Under the pieces are notes generated by a model. The model did no database searches. It had not been told where the DNA came from and was given only the letters and a program-made list of their open reading frames with translations. DNA of 64,000 nucleotides from Eledone cirrhosa (Eukaryota): positions 68,014,001 through 68,078,000 of the forward strand of contig OZ024744.1 of the NCBI GenBank assembly GCA_964016885.1. Direction: 5' to 3'. Positions 26,030 to 38,825 of this stretch are shown piece by piece. How positions within the stretch are numbered: the first letter of the stretch is position 1; each line of letters starts with the position of its first letter. Made by a program: the position numbers and the translations under genes.

Positions 26030-26139
26030 ATATATACATATATATATTAAGGTTTTTGCTCCAACATAGCTGTATACATATATGCATATTATGTATATCT
26101 AATGATATACGGTATGTTAACAAATAAATATTTCAAAGA

Positions 26140-26338
26140 CTTTAGCTATGAATTTTGGAAGCTGATGTGCATAGGCATCAAAACTATATGTTTCCAGCTG
26201 AGAGCAGCAGAGTAAGAGGAACACTGCTTTGATAATGACCATCTGTCAGAACTGATCATCAACAGTTACCCTCTCTTGCTTCTCCTGGAATTTGCTAGAT
26301 GACGCTTTGCCATCAGCTTCCAACATTCATAGCTAAAG
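26140..26338. repeat. Imperfect ~200-nt hairpin
   Basis: ctttagctatgaattttggaagctgatg / catcagcttccaacattcatagctaaag, with further inner pairing. Confidence 0.7.
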
Positions 26339-26392
26339 GCTTTCAAATGTCTTTTCGAAAACATCCTGTATATCATTAGATATAGAAAATAC

Positions 26393-26477
<85 letters not shown>

Positions 26478-27059
26478 CGCGTGTGTGTGTGTTTATGTGC
26501 ATGTGTGTGTGTTTGTTTGTTTGTTTGTACCTAAATATTCTTCAAAATGCATCAGGAATGCTTCATCAATCAGCAAACCACTGGATTGTCCCATTAATTA
26601 GGTTTAGTACTATACAAATTAATGTGATGTTCTCTAAACTAACTGAATAAATAAATAAAAAATTCTATATATATATTAAAAAGAAATTATACTAGAGTAG
26701 GACACAATTGTGTTCCTGGAAGCTGGTTGCTTTCATATGAGCCAGAAATAAATGATGGAAATTCGTATTTACTCCAAATATATACACTCAAAATCATCAG
26801 CCTAAAAGGTGTCAAAATTATGTTAAAACTTCACAAAATTCAAATCTCTTCTACATAGAATAACTACTGCAGAGTGTATTGACAGTTACTATACTTAAGT
26901 TATTCAGCCACCATCATCAATTTACAACCATTTTTCCATGCTGGCATGGGTTGAATAGGTCTTCCACAGCACTGTATCTCACCATAGTCCTTTTTTTTTT
27001 AAAATATTTTATTGTCTTTCTTATGCAGTTCAGTCTTCTGCAAGATTGGAATATCAGCA

Positions 27060-27285
27060 GCCTGTCTGAAGAAGGAACCCTGCAAGGTGGGGTGGCTGTT
27101 CCAGCTGGTGTCACTGGCCATTGTCCGTGGGAATGCTTTTGCAGTTATGTCCGTGGGAGCGCAACCCCAATACCACTGCGTCCTAGGCCTAGAGCTGGTC
27201 ACCCTCCCCTTCCCCCTTCCCCATTCTTCTGTAACCTTAGAGCCCTTGCTTTTCCCTTCCTTTTCTGTTTTCATAACTACAAAAG
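27060..27285 (+). mobile_element. Extreme 3' fragment of CRE-like LINE
   Basis: KEPCKVGWLFQLVSLAIVRGNAFAVM versus EGAWLFQRINLAITRGNVASVL at ~59410; 3' UTR similar to 7950-8045. Confidence 0.75.
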
Positions 27286-27499
27286 ACATTTTGGGAGTAT
27301 ACTTTCGCGATACATAAAATGTATATATCTTCTGAAATAAACACTTAACACTTCTTCCTGTGTTTTCTGCTGTTGTAGGTTATTTCCACTTGAATTGCTG
27401 TTAGCTTCTTTACACAACTGCCATTCTCCATGTACATGCAGATCACATGTCAGTTTTCTCTCTGGCATGATCAATCTGATTACTCTTATACCTATTTCT

Positions 27500-27730
27500 T
27501 TCCCTCTCAGCTTAGTTCTGTTCTAAGATCTGGTGTTAGTCGTGCAAAATGGGGATATTTAAAGGATGAGGACATTGTGTGTAACTGCGGCATCAAACCA
27601 CAGACAACGCAGCACTTCCTGATATGTCCCCTTGCTGGAACAGCCCTGCACAGCATAGGACTTGGCAGAGTTTAATGAGAAGGGACAGCAATGTGTTCAG
27701 CTGTGGTGGAACCACATCTAATAAAGTTTT
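27500..27730 (+). mobile_element. Ingi/Vingi-like LINE C-terminal remnant
   Basis: LRSGVSRAKWG...CNCGIKPQTTQHFLICP zinc-knuckle pattern. Confidence 0.5.
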
Positions 27731-27769
27731 GTAACTGACATCTTAGTGGACACAACAAGAGGTTGTGCT

Positions 27770-29000
27770 CTGATGTTCCTTAAAAATAACATTACAGATC
27801 CAACTAAGCATGCTCACTTCCTTTCATTCCAGCCTTCACATATTCTCTGCATAAAACACCCATATCTCACTACTTTACTGTACACCATCACATTTCTTAC
27901 ACAAGCTCCATAAAACCTATCTTTCACTCATAGAGGGAATCCCTTCATTATAGATCTCTGAAATTTTTCTACCCTGTTTTACTTTGGATACCTTTGAACC
28001 GTTCTGTCACTGATAATTAAATCTTCTGCATATCAGAAGCAATCAATTTCTATGAAAACCTCAGAGCATGTAAAATTGTTTGTTTTATTAGTGCTAACTA
28101 CTCTTGTGCATCTACTCAGGTGAAGTCCTTTTTCTCTATTAGTCTGCCTGTGACCCTATTGCATATTTTGTGCATCCATAGTTTACATTTGCACACTGTA
28201 TAGTGCAGCAGTCACCGACCAGGGGTCCACAAACCTCTGGTAGTCCGAGAGAAAATTTTGGCGGTCGGCAGAAAAATTTGGACATTATTTGCAATTTTTA
28301 TGTTTTATTAGTAATAAAACAAATATAATATTCGGTTAAAATATATTTTATAACACCCCTAAAATATGTTTCTCTTCAGTAAAGAACTAACATCCATGAA
28401 AGAATTTTACACATATGTATCATCTATCGACAATATGACACATGCACGCTTCAGTATTGTTTAATAAAATGGAAGTTCTCTGATCATTATTTTACAAATG
28501 TATTTATCTTTTTAAAATAATACATATTAGAGGTCTGTGGGATTTAAAATTATGAATTTAGTGGTCCGTAAGGTCTGAAAGTTGGTGACCGCTGGTATAG
28601 TATTCTTCATACCCTTTTTTCATATATTATATTTGGTCACTTCCCAGATGATAATTCTATATTCCCTCTTGTAAACTAAAACTTTCATATGAGCTAAGTT
28701 TACTTTTAAACCTCTATGTTTTACTTCATGTTTGGAATATTTTCTCTAATTCTTTGAAAGATTTACTTATGAAAACTAGTTTATCAGCATATGAACAACT
28801 AATCTTAGACCCTTCTGTTATGTCCATCAGAATCATAATATACCAGAAGGAATTGATAACCAAGCCTTGATGGACACCAGCCATGATGGACACTAAATTT
28901 TTCACTGAACTCATTGCTATCTTACATAGCTTGCTGACTGCATCCTTGTAAATCCGTTGCACCTTTGTCTGGTCTATAACAGTTGATGATGATATTACTC
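27770..29000 (-). mobile_element. Highly degenerate RTE LINE remnant
   Basis: GVHQGLV...SYADKL...KELEKIFQT (28726-28962) and IQCAKCKLWMHKIC homologous to the 17326-18747 protein. Confidence 0.7.
28206..28594. mobile_element. hAT-type MITE
   Basis: TIRs cagcagtcaccgac / gttggtgaccgctg, 8-bp TSD gtatagtg/gtatagta, inserted in the RTE remnant. Confidence 0.8.
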
Positions 29001-29204
29001 TTATAGTGGTTGTTGATGCTACTATTATGTAAGGTCAACTGTTCCTTTCTTATCTTGTTGACTATGTGAATGACTAACACACACTCTACTTTAACAGATA
29101 TCTTCAGCATCTAAGTGATTATTCATGATGTTGTGGCTGCTTCTAGTATCTTTATAGCTATTAATTTCAATAGATGGCTCCTCTATAGAGTCTATTTTCT
29201 ATAG

Positions 29205-29242
<38 letters not shown>

Positions 29243-29539
29243 TCTTTCCATTCAGTAACCACTTGTAATAGAAACCTTATTCATACAAGCAAACACTTTT
29301 GCAATTAGAAACATCCCACACCTTTGATCATCCCATTGATGAACTCCAACAAACTTCTCACTTTCTCTCTTTTCTATGTTTACCTAATAATATATATCTT
29401 CTATGTATATGTGGCTACGCACTACATATAGTTTCTTATCTAGCCACCTGATATTGCTTCTTGCCCCCACTGATTCTTCCATTCTATCTAGGCCTGTCTC
29501 TTATCTTTTATGGATCTATTTACTATATATATATGGTGG

Positions 29540-30135
29540 CTGCCAACTCGTTTTCGAGTACGGCCACTACTTTATATCCATGTAGGAGAACCCCTACCGA
29601 TGCACTGAACGAGTGTGACTTTTTAGTCCAGCCAGCTACTTGAAAACTCTGGTACAAACACTACACTTGTGACAATTATTGACACATAGTGCTTTGCCTT
29701 TGGTACCATGTGACGACAAGTGCAGAGAGATCTCCAGATATAAAGCAATGCCTGTGCCGAGAAGCTTTTATAGTGAGCAAAGGCACTGCACAAAGCCAGT
29801 CCCACTCTCTTAACCAAGATGATATTTACCAAAAAGAAGAACAAGTCAACATCATTGGATACCATCAGGGTTGCAGGTGTTATATCAGAGTTTTCCTTCT
29901 CCTAGAATTCTGCCTTGACAAAATCTAATGGGTCATCTCTCCCGGTGATTTTGGATGGCCATTGACTCTTAAGAGCTCCTTTGCCAGGTTTTGTTTTTAG
30001 TCCTGCAGGATGTCCAAAGTGACCCTCCTCACCAAGAAACCTTGGTGGGGTTGCCAGTTTAGTCGCCAACGACCCGACCATGAGACAGGTTGTACTGGGA
30101 TATATGTTACCAGTAGCACCAACTGGTGACCTGAC
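29540..30135 (-). mobile_element. Probable LINE 5' region remnant (related pieces at 24500-24600 and 24820-24900)
   Basis: aaaaagaagaacaagtcaacatcattg and ggttgccagtttagtcgcc are shared in reverse complement with 24.5-24.9 kb; family assignment tentative. Confidence 0.4.
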
Positions 30136-30617
30136 ATATATATATATATATATACATACATATAATGTAGGAGGTGAGTTTTATTGTAGCACAATTTATT
30201 ATTAAACAATTTATTTATATATAAACCTTAATTTAATATTATTCTTAATTCCTTTTTCTCTTCATGCATAAATCTCATTAACTTTTAATTTCAAATTCTT
30301 TTAAATTATCTATTATCTTCCAACAGCTTTTTAACTTCTCTCTGTGAGACAATATATTTTTTTCTCAGTTGTAAAGGCTATCTCTCTCTCTCTATCACCC
30401 ATCTCTCCTCCTCTCTCATCCTTTCTTCTTATACTCCTCCCCCCACCATTCTTCACTCTCATCTCCTCCTCTTCCTTACCTTTTCCAACTGCCCCCCCCC
30501 CCCCCCCCCCCCCTCACTTTTTCTCAATCTCATACATCAATCTTAAATTATTTTTCATATGTTGATTTAAAACTTCACTATTCACAAGTGTTTTTTAAGC
30601 TTCATATCATGTATCCC

Positions 30618-30688
30618 TATTTTATCTGATGAGAACGCAGATATCACCCCATGATGATATTTGTTTTTGAAATGCACATAATAAAATA
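30618..30688 (+). ncRNA. Minimal type I hammerhead ribozyme
   Basis: tattttat-CTGATGA-gaa c gcagatatca..tgatatttgt t ttt-GAAA-tgcaca-TA-ataaaata; stem I 8/8. Confidence 0.8.
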
Positions 30689-30790
30689 CTTGGAACTCTT
30701 TTAACCATCTTTTGATCTTATATATATACATATATATATATGTTAGGTAAAAAGCAAAGGTAAAAAGAGTGCTCTATGTATAGAACAGAG

Positions 30791-30936
30791 ATATTTAGTT
30801 AGAAATTGAATAAACACAAAATATAACTACTCCATTACCAAAGGTAATGGAGTAGTTATATTATTATCTCTGTGATCCAGAAACCTTTGGTAATGGAGTA
30901 GTTATATTTTGTGTTGTTCAATTTCTAACTAAATAT
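30791..30936. repeat. Nested fold-back (54-bp outer arms plus inner hairpin)
   Basis: atatttagttagaaattgaa...ccattaccaaagg / cctttggtaatgg...ttcaatttctaactaaatat; inner aatataactactccattacc-aaa-ggtaatggagtagttatatt. Confidence 0.85.
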
Positions 30937-31614
30937 ATATACTACCATGTTACTTTTTGTCTGGTTCAGACTTATTGATCATACCTCTGGCTTGCAGTGA
31001 ATTATTTCATAGAAACATTCAGTTGTCTCCAACTCCTCCTTATAAACACGCATGTCTCCTAGTACTTCTTTGAACTTATGTTAACTTCTTCAGTACTGTA
31101 GACGAGATAACTTGTACTGATATGTTTGAACTCATTTTCAACAGTTCATAATTTCAAAGTTATAAACTCGTTTCCAACAGTTCATAACTTCAAAGCTAGA
31201 TGGGGTTACTAGTTTATTGATGTGACGTTTGCCAATCAAAATAGTCATTTTACTGAAAAAAAAACAAAAAAACAGCACAGCAACTGTAGTTGTGTAAAAT
31301 ATATGCAGCAGTCAACATGTTAAAAGGCCTCTCAGCAGCCATCAATTCCTTTTCCAGATTGTCTTGAGTTTGGGGATTTTTATAGCTCTTACCTTGGTGT
31401 CAATTATTAACAACTTATCTATCAATTTCCTTGCATGAACTCTATTTGACTTGCTTTTCTAGTGAATAGGTGGCTGGCCAGAATACTGAAGTTATTCATG
31501 CAAAAACTATGTCATTTGTATCATAGAATTCCAAGAGCCTTGATCCCTCTTTTGTTTCATGTACCATAACCATAGCTTCTATGTATATTAGAATAATCAT
31601 AAGGATGCTAGCAG

Positions 31615-32170
31615 CTGGTGCTTATCTTGGTTTCCATGACATTCAATGATTGAGAGTACAACACTCCCCATCCCCCCTGGACAGGATGCCAGTCTATTGC
31701 ATGGTTAAACTCCCTGCTATTGCTGGTACTTATTCTCAGCTGAGTATACTGGATCAACATGAAATGAAGTGTTTTGCTCAAGAACACAACACACAACCCA
31801 GTCCAGGAATTGAACCCACAACATTATGGCCATAAGTCCAACACCCTTACCACTAGGTCTCATACTTCCGGTTTGCAATAAGACTCCATAGAAATGAATT
31901 TATCCCGGTTCCCATTGTGTTAAGTAACTGAGAGTTCAACACTCCCCCCTGGACAGGATGCTAGTCCATCACAGGGTTAAGCTCCTAGCTGTCGCTGGTA
32001 CTCATTTTCAGTTGAGTATACTGGAGCAACATGAAATGAAGTGTTTTGCTCAAGAACACAACACACAACCCAGTCCAGGAATTGAATCCATGACATTATG
32101 GTCATAAGTCCAACACCCTTACCACTAGGTCTCATACTTCCAGTTTGCAATAGGGCTCCATAGAAATGAA
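31615..32170 (-). mobile_element. Tandemly duplicated CORE-like SINE (alternative tail) with flank
   Basis: ~31650-31900 and ~31930-32170 near-identical, including flank ctcatacttcc..tttgcaata..ctccatagaaatgaa. Confidence 0.8.
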
Positions 32171-32687
32171 CTTTTGTTCATCAAACACGATACATGTGCA
32201 GTGCAGAGATCTCTGTTGCTGTTATGTTTCCTATGATCACTCTAAGTTTAATTACTCTATAATATATGCTAACTACCTCATTTATTTTATACATTTTTCT
32301 GTCAGCAATATTTCTACTTTAACAACTCTAGCACTGTTACACATCCAAAAGAATTTCTACTTTTGTACCTTGCCCATGGGAAGACTGGCAGAACTACCTC
32401 CCTGTCTTAATTCATAGACACAGTACATATCTACTCACTTCTACTTCAACATGTTTACAATCTTTCCAGACCTAACTTTAGCCAAGCCCGCATTGATGGT
32501 GTCAGCACTGATGTTTTATACTTGACATGAATAAGAAGTTTCTGGTGATGTTTTGCTTGTTTGTGTCTATTTTCTGCATTTGGATATATATATATATATA
32601 TATATATATATCCAAATGCTGATATAATATGTTGATTTAACACTTCACTGCTCGCAAGTGTTTTTTAAGCTTCATATCATGTTTCCC

Positions 32688-32758
32688 TATTTTATCTGAT
32701 GAGAACGCAAATATCATCCCATGATGATATTTGTTTTTGAAATGCGCATAATAAAATA
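32688..32758 (+). ncRNA. Minimal type I hammerhead ribozyme (paralogue of 30618)
   Basis: tattttat-CTGATGA-stem II-GAAA-tgcgca-TA-ataaaata; stem III is a perfect palindrome. Confidence 0.85.
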
Positions 32759-32849
32759 CTTGGAACTCTTTTAACCATCTTTTGATCCTTTATATATATA
32801 TATGGATATGGATATGTATATATACATACGCATATATATGTATATATAT

Positions 32850-32905
<56 letters not shown>

Positions 32906-33033
32906 AAGTTATATTTAAAATTGTTGGGTTACAACTAGTAAATATTTATAACTGATATAAAAGCACTCGACAAATATTTGGAGTATATTTACAATATTAA
33001 ATAAATGGAAAACTATATTTATAAAACCATATT

Positions 33034-33099
33034 TATTTCATTATATATATTTCGGGGATATCATATTAACAATATGTTATGCCTTCATCAGACAAAATA
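33034..33099 (-). ncRNA. Hammerhead ribozyme in left (inverted) pLTR
   Basis: Minus strand: tattttgt-CTGATGA-aggcataacatattgttaatatgatatcccc-GAAA-tatata-TA-atgaaata. Confidence 0.75.
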
Positions 33100-33461
33100 C
33101 AATATAAACAGTTTTATAGATAAATATATTCGACATACCGTAATAAACATCAACTTCATTTGAAGAGGTTTACTCTAGCAGTGAAAATACAGAGAGAAAG
33201 AAAGAGAGAGAGAAAAGAGGGAAATAAGAAAGAGAGAAAGACAAAACGAAGAAAAGGAAGAAAAAGAAGAAAAAGAAAAAGAAGAAATGCATGGGACAAA
33301 ATAGAGAGATGGAAAAATAGATAAAGCGAAGAGCTTCATGTAAAGAGATAGAAAGAGATATATATATATAGAGAGAGAGAGGAAATAGAGATAGATACAT
33401 ATATATATATAGAAAATTAGGTAGTGGGAGGTCATTTTGAGTAAGTGTATCAATGATGCAT

Positions 33462-33504
<43 letters not shown>

Positions 33505-34726
33505 GCTCAAGTATTAATGTAAGGGAGATATATAGAGAGATATAGAGAGATATAGAGAGAGAAAAAAAATTTAAAAATAGCCAGACATATTCGAGGCGTA
33601 GAAAACCCTATGTTTTAATGTATTAGTATTTATAAAACTTACACTATATTGTAAATATCAGTATTCCTGAATGAAACAAGTATTCACAATGCGTGAAAAT
33701 TCATTATCTTATGTTTAGTTTTTAAAAAATTCATATGTCTATGTGACAGCTACAAAACATCAATGTGAATCCAACTGATTCACTCCGCAAATTCTAAGTT
33801 ACCGGAAAACATTCTCAATGTGGTATAAAAATTTGAGCGTATTATTCTTGCGATTACTCTACAAGATTATCTATCAAGCAGAAATAGAGAGCAGATTTCA
33901 ATATACTAATCGAAAATATATATTATATTATAAACAAAGATAACAATAATAATGATAATAAGTAAAAATATATAAAAATATAGAATAGAAAACTAAAAAA
34001 AAAAAAAAAAAAAATATTACGAAAGAATATTACATAATAAAAATATTGCATATTAAAAATACTACGTATTAAAAATATTACGTATTAAAAATTTACATAT
34101 AAAAATATTAAAAATAAAAATTTACATATAAAAATATTAAAAATAAAAATAAAATAAAATAAAAATAAAAATATTATAGAATACTACAATACTAAAAGAA
34201 TAAAAATAAAAATAAAAATAAAAATAAAAATAAAAATAAAAATAAAAATAAAAATAAAAATAAAAATAAAAATAAAAATGAAAATAAAAATAAACCACAA
34301 AGTTAATTGACAATATATTGCCAAGTTCAAAGTTAATTGACAATATATTGCCAAGTTCATTACAAGACAAAGCCAAAAATTATCTATCAAATCACATCTA
34401 GCAAGGAATATCGCAAAAAAGATTATGATGTCCAATAATGTCTACATATGTTCCAATATTTAATATATAAGTTTATCTAGTGTAAGGTTAATTCAAAAAA
34501 TTTGGAGCATCGGCTTTTAGGGTAGCTTAATTTTTCATGAGGAATGTTTAGATAAAAATAAAAATAAAATTAAAAATAAAAATAAAAATAAAAATAAAAA
34601 TAAAAATAAATAAAATAAAATAAACAATAAAAAGAGTAAAAAAGAGTAAAAAGAGGGAATCAAAGATTTAGGAATCAAAAGATTTATCGGCTAGTTCTCA
34701 TATAAATATAAATCAAACTAAATATA

Positions 34727-35347
34727 CTACATTTTAAATTTAAATTTATATTTAAACGTTGAGTTTAATCTATGTTTGCAACAACTGAATAAATTTGTCC
34801 GTAGGTTAAGGGAATTTTTAGATTTTAGTATAAAGAATATCTCCTCTGCGCAGAGGTCACATGTCTCAGAGGATGAATTAAAAGGAATCCCTCTTGAGAC
34901 TATATTCCAAGCCGTCGAATATCTAACGTTATCTAGCTTAAGTTGCCAGAGTACCCCTGATAGTGCCGTTGAAGATTTTTTATTTGGATCTGTGAAAGAA
35001 TTCTTGTGGTTATTATAGCGAAGTTTAAATTCCGTCGATGTGGAACCGACGTAGTTAAAAGAATTAGAGTCAGTATTAACATTACAATTGTATACTATAT
35101 TTTTAACTAAGCAGTTGTTATTTAACGGACATTTAGATCTATCTCTACAGTTACATTTGTTAACTTGTATATTATTTATGCTATTATCAGTAGGTTTTAA
35201 GTTCCTATTATTTATTCTATTAATATTTTGTGCTAAATTTTTGGTGGATGAGTAGGTTAATTTAATTGTATGCCTATTGAAGATTGAGTGGTACCTATGT
35301 GTTCTAGGGAAGCGATTATCAAGAGCTTTGAAAAATAATTTAGCGAT
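34727..35347 (-). pseudogene. Inverted duplicate of the GIY-YIG endonuclease region
   Basis: Same peptide as 36588-37208; the N-terminus of track ORF 34727-35551 is antisense RT sequence across the inversion junction. Confidence 0.9.
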
Positions 35348-36580
35348 AAGACCAACAACCTCTATGGAGTGCGGAAAGACGTGTATAATGGCCTCATACT
35401 GAAAGAGCTGAGGAAAAAATACAAGGTAGCAGATAAGGCCGAACTTGAGAAAATGAATGTTGAAGCATCTTGTATAATGCATGAGTTGGAAATTGAGAAC
35501 AGAACACAACCTTTCGTGCCCAGGAAACCGAAGATCAATATGAAGGACCACAAGAGGAATTTTGAGATTGACCTGCCAGTTAGATTGATCGCACCTTCAA
35601 AATCGGACCTGGGCAAATTAAGCAAAAACATTCTTGACAGGGTGATACTGCAAATTAAGAACTTGGATTGTGTATCTAACCTGAGCTTGTGGAAGGGAAC
35701 TGGAGAGGTTGTTGAGTGGTTTAGGCAAATTAAATATGACAATAATAATAGGTTTATTCAACTTGATATAGCTAACTATTATTCTTCTATTACCCCTAGT
35801 CTACTAAATAAGGCACTAAATTACGCATTCAAACATACGGACCTAACTAGCAAAGAAATGCATATTATATTATCGGCTAGGAAAACTTTGATAGAATTTG
35901 ATGACAAATTATGGACCAGAGCAGATAGAGATAGCAATTTTGACATAACTATGGGATCTTCCGACTCAGCTCAGGTAACTGACCTTGTGGGCTTATTTTT
36001 AATCAATTCGCTACATAGGAAAATACCTGGTACTACCGGAGGTTTATATAGGGATGACATGCTTTTACTTATTAATAATAATAACCCTGAACTAAATAGA
36101 AAATGTAAACAAATTACAAAATTTTTTAATTACTTTAACCTTAAAATAGAAATTGAGAACAACCATAGAATAGTCAATTTCCTAGATATAACATTAAATC
36201 TCAACACATGTCTCCACTATCCTTTTCACAAGTTGAATGAAAACTTAAACTATGTCAACTTTAACTCTAACCACCCCAGATCTGTCAAAAACACTATAAT
36301 AAACTCAGTCCAAAAACGTATCTCTAGGATCTCGTCGAATAGAAAGATTTTTGACGAAAAGGCCCAATACTATAATGATGCACTAGCTAGGGCAGGGTAT
36401 GCTGATAAGATTGTGTACATAGATAATGATAAACAAACTAAACAAAGTAACAACTTTTTTAATTACGGCAACAACATTAACAACTATAATAGAAAGCATT
36501 ACAATAATTCCAAAGGACAAAAAAGAAATAGAACTAGGAACATAATTTGGTTTGCCCCCCCCTTTCTCACTAAACATTAA
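35345..36580 (+). CDS. PLE reverse transcriptase (5'-truncated)
   Basis: DKTNNLY at junction, PVRLI, FIQLDIANYYSSI, FDITMGSSDSAQ, GGLYRDD, VNFLDITL, SNHPRS. Confidence 0.9.
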   Translation, partial: DKTNNLYGVRKDVYNGLILKELRKKYKVADKAELEKMNVEASCIMHELEIENRTQPFVPRKPKINMKDHKRNFEIDLPVRLIAPSKSDLGKLSKNILDRVILQIKNLDCVSNLSLWKGTGEVVEWFRQIKYDNNNRFIQLDIANYYSSITPSLLNKALNYAFKHTDLTSKEMHIILSARKTLIEFDDKLWTRADRDSNFDITMGSSDSAQVTDLVGLFLINSLHRKIPGTTGGLYRDDMLLLINNNNPELNRKCKQITKFFNYFNLKIEIENNHRIVNFLDITLNLNTCLHYPFHKLNENLNYVNFNSNHPRSVKNTIINSVQKRISRISSNRKIFDEKAQYYNDALARAGYADKIVYIDNDKQTKQSNNFFNYGNNINNYNRKHYNNSKGQKRNRTRNIIWFAPPFLTKH

Positions 36581-37208
36581 AACCCACATCGCTAAATTAT
36601 TTTTCAAAGCTCTTGATAATCGCTTCCCTAGAACACATAGGTACCACTCAATCTTCAATAGGCATACAATTAAATTAACCTACTCATCCACCAAAAATTT
36701 AGCACAAAATATTAATAGAATAAATAATAGGAACTTAAAACCTACTGATAATAGCATAAATAATATACAAGTTAACAAATGTAACTGTAGAGATAGATCT
36801 AAATGTCCGTTAAATAACAACTGCTTAGTTAAAAATATAGTATACAATTGTAATGTTAATACTGACTCTAATTCTTTTAACTACGTCGGTTCCACATCGA
36901 CGGAATTTAAACTTCGCTATAATAACCACAAGAATTCTTTCACAGATCCAAATAAAAAATCTTCAACGGCACTATCAGGGGTACTCTGGCAACTTAAGCT
37001 AGATAACGTTAGATATTCGACGGCTTGGAATATAGTCTCAAGAGGGATTCCTTTTAATTCATCCTCTGAGACATGTGACCTCTGCGCAGAGGAGATATTC
37101 TTTATACTAAAATCTAAAAATTCCCTTAACCTACGGACAAATTTATTCAGTTGTTGCAAACATAGATTAAACTCAACGTTTAAATATAAATTTAAATTTA
37201 AAATGTAG
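36552..37208 (+). CDS. PLE linker and GIY-YIG endonuclease, frameshifted from RT at a C8 run
   Basis: CNCRDRSKCPLNNNC (CxC-x5-C-x5-C, Naiad-type linker), IVY...YVGST..FKLRYNNH, CDLC..E...LN...CKH. Confidence 0.9.
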   Translation: MPPPFSLNIKTHIAKLFFKALDNRFPRTHRYHSIFNRHTIKLTYSSTKNLAQNINRINNRNLKPTDNSINNIQVNKCNCRDRSKCPLNNNCLVKNIVYNCNVNTDSNSFNYVGSTSTEFKLRYNNHKNSFTDPNKKSSTALSGVLWQLKLDNVRYSTAWNIVSRGIPFNSSSETCDLCAEEIFFILKSKNSLNLRTNLFSCCKHRLNSTFKYKFKFKM

Positions 37209-38422
37209 TATATTTAGTTTGATTTATATTTATATGAGAACTAGCCGATAAATCTTTTGATTCCTAAATCTTTGATTCCCTCTTTTTACTCTTTTTTACT
37301 CTTTTTATTGTTTATTTTATTTTATTTATTTTTATTTTTATTTTTATTTTTATTTTTATTTTTATTTTTAATTTTATTTTTATTTTTATCTAAACATTCC
37401 TCATGAAAAATTAAGCTACCCTAAAAGCCGATGCTCCAAATTTTTTGAATTAACCTTACACTAGATAAACTTATATATTAAATATTGGAACATATGTAGA
37501 CATTATTGGACATCATAATCTTTTTTGCGATATTCCTTGCTAGATGTGATTTGATAGATAATTTTTGGCTTTGTCTTGTAATGAACTTGGCAATATATTG
37601 TCAATTAACTTTGAAGGGTTGTTCTTTGTGGTTTATTTTTATTTTCATTTTTATTTTTATTTTTATTTTTATTTTTATTTTTATTTTTATTTTTATTTTT
37701 ATTTTTATTTTTATTTTTATTTTTATTCTTTTAGTATTGTAGTATTCTATAATATTTTTATTTTTATTTTATTTTATTTTTATTTTTAATATTTTTATAT
37801 GTAAATTTTTATTTTTAATATTTTTATATGTAAATTTTTAATACGTAATATTTTTAATACGTAGTATTTTTAATATGCAATATTTTTATTATGTAATATT
37901 CTTTCGTAATATTTTTTTTTTTTTTTTTTTTTAGTTTTCTATTCTATATTTTTATATATTTTTACTTATTATCATTATTATTGTTATCTTTGTTTATAAT
38001 ATAATATATATTTTCGATTAGTATATTGAAATCTGCTCTCTATTTCTGCTTGATAGATAATCTTGTAGAGTAATCGCAAGAATAATACGCTCAAATTTTT
38101 ATACCACATTGAGAATGTTTTCCGGTAACTTAGAATTTGCGGAGTGAATCAGTTGGATTCACATTGATGTTTTGTAGCTGTCACATAGACATATGAATTT
38201 TTTAAAAACTAAACATAAGATAATGAATTTTCACGCATTGTGAATACTTGTTTCATTCAGGAATACTGATATTTACAATATAGTGTATGTTTTATAAATA
38301 CTAATACATTAAAACATAGGGTTTTCTACGCCTCGAATATGTCTGGCTATTTTTAAATTTTTTTTCTCTCTCTATATCTCTCTATATCTCTCTATATATC
38401 TCCCTTACATTAATACTTGAGC

Positions 38423-38465
<43 letters not shown>

Positions 38466-38825
38466 ATGCATCATTGATACACTTACTCAAAATGACCTCC
38501 CACTACCTAATTTTCTATATATATATATGTATCTATCTCTATTTCCTCTCTCTATATATATATATATCTCTTTCTATCTCTTTACATGAAGCTCTTCGCT
38601 TTATCTATTTTTCCATCTCTCTATTTTGTCCCATGCATTTCTTCTTTTTCTCTTTCTTCTTTTTCTTCCTTTTCTTCGTTTTGTCTTTCTCTCTTTCTTA
38701 TTTCCTTCTTTTCTCTCTCTCTTTCTTTCTCTCTGTATTTTCACTGCTAGAGTAAACCTCTTCAAATGAAGTTGATGTTTATTACGGTATGTCGAATATA
38801 TTTATCTATAAAACTGTTTATATTG

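Noticed and set aside
30040-30135. HDV-like ribozyme at a putative LINE 5' end (minus strand)
   Set aside because: Candidate P2, P3 and a CTAA joiner are visible, but I could not form P1/P1.1
34727-35551. 274-aa ORF as a separate nuclease gene
   Set aside because: Artefact of the inversion: antisense RT sequence fused to the duplicated EN
37398-37455. SECIS-like stem (ATGA...AAAA...TGA) in the Naiad 3' UTR, considered because some Naiads encode selenoproteins
   Set aside because: About 16 nt between ATGA and the A-run, irregular stem, and no in-frame TGA in the retained RT/EN; a SECISearch run would settle it
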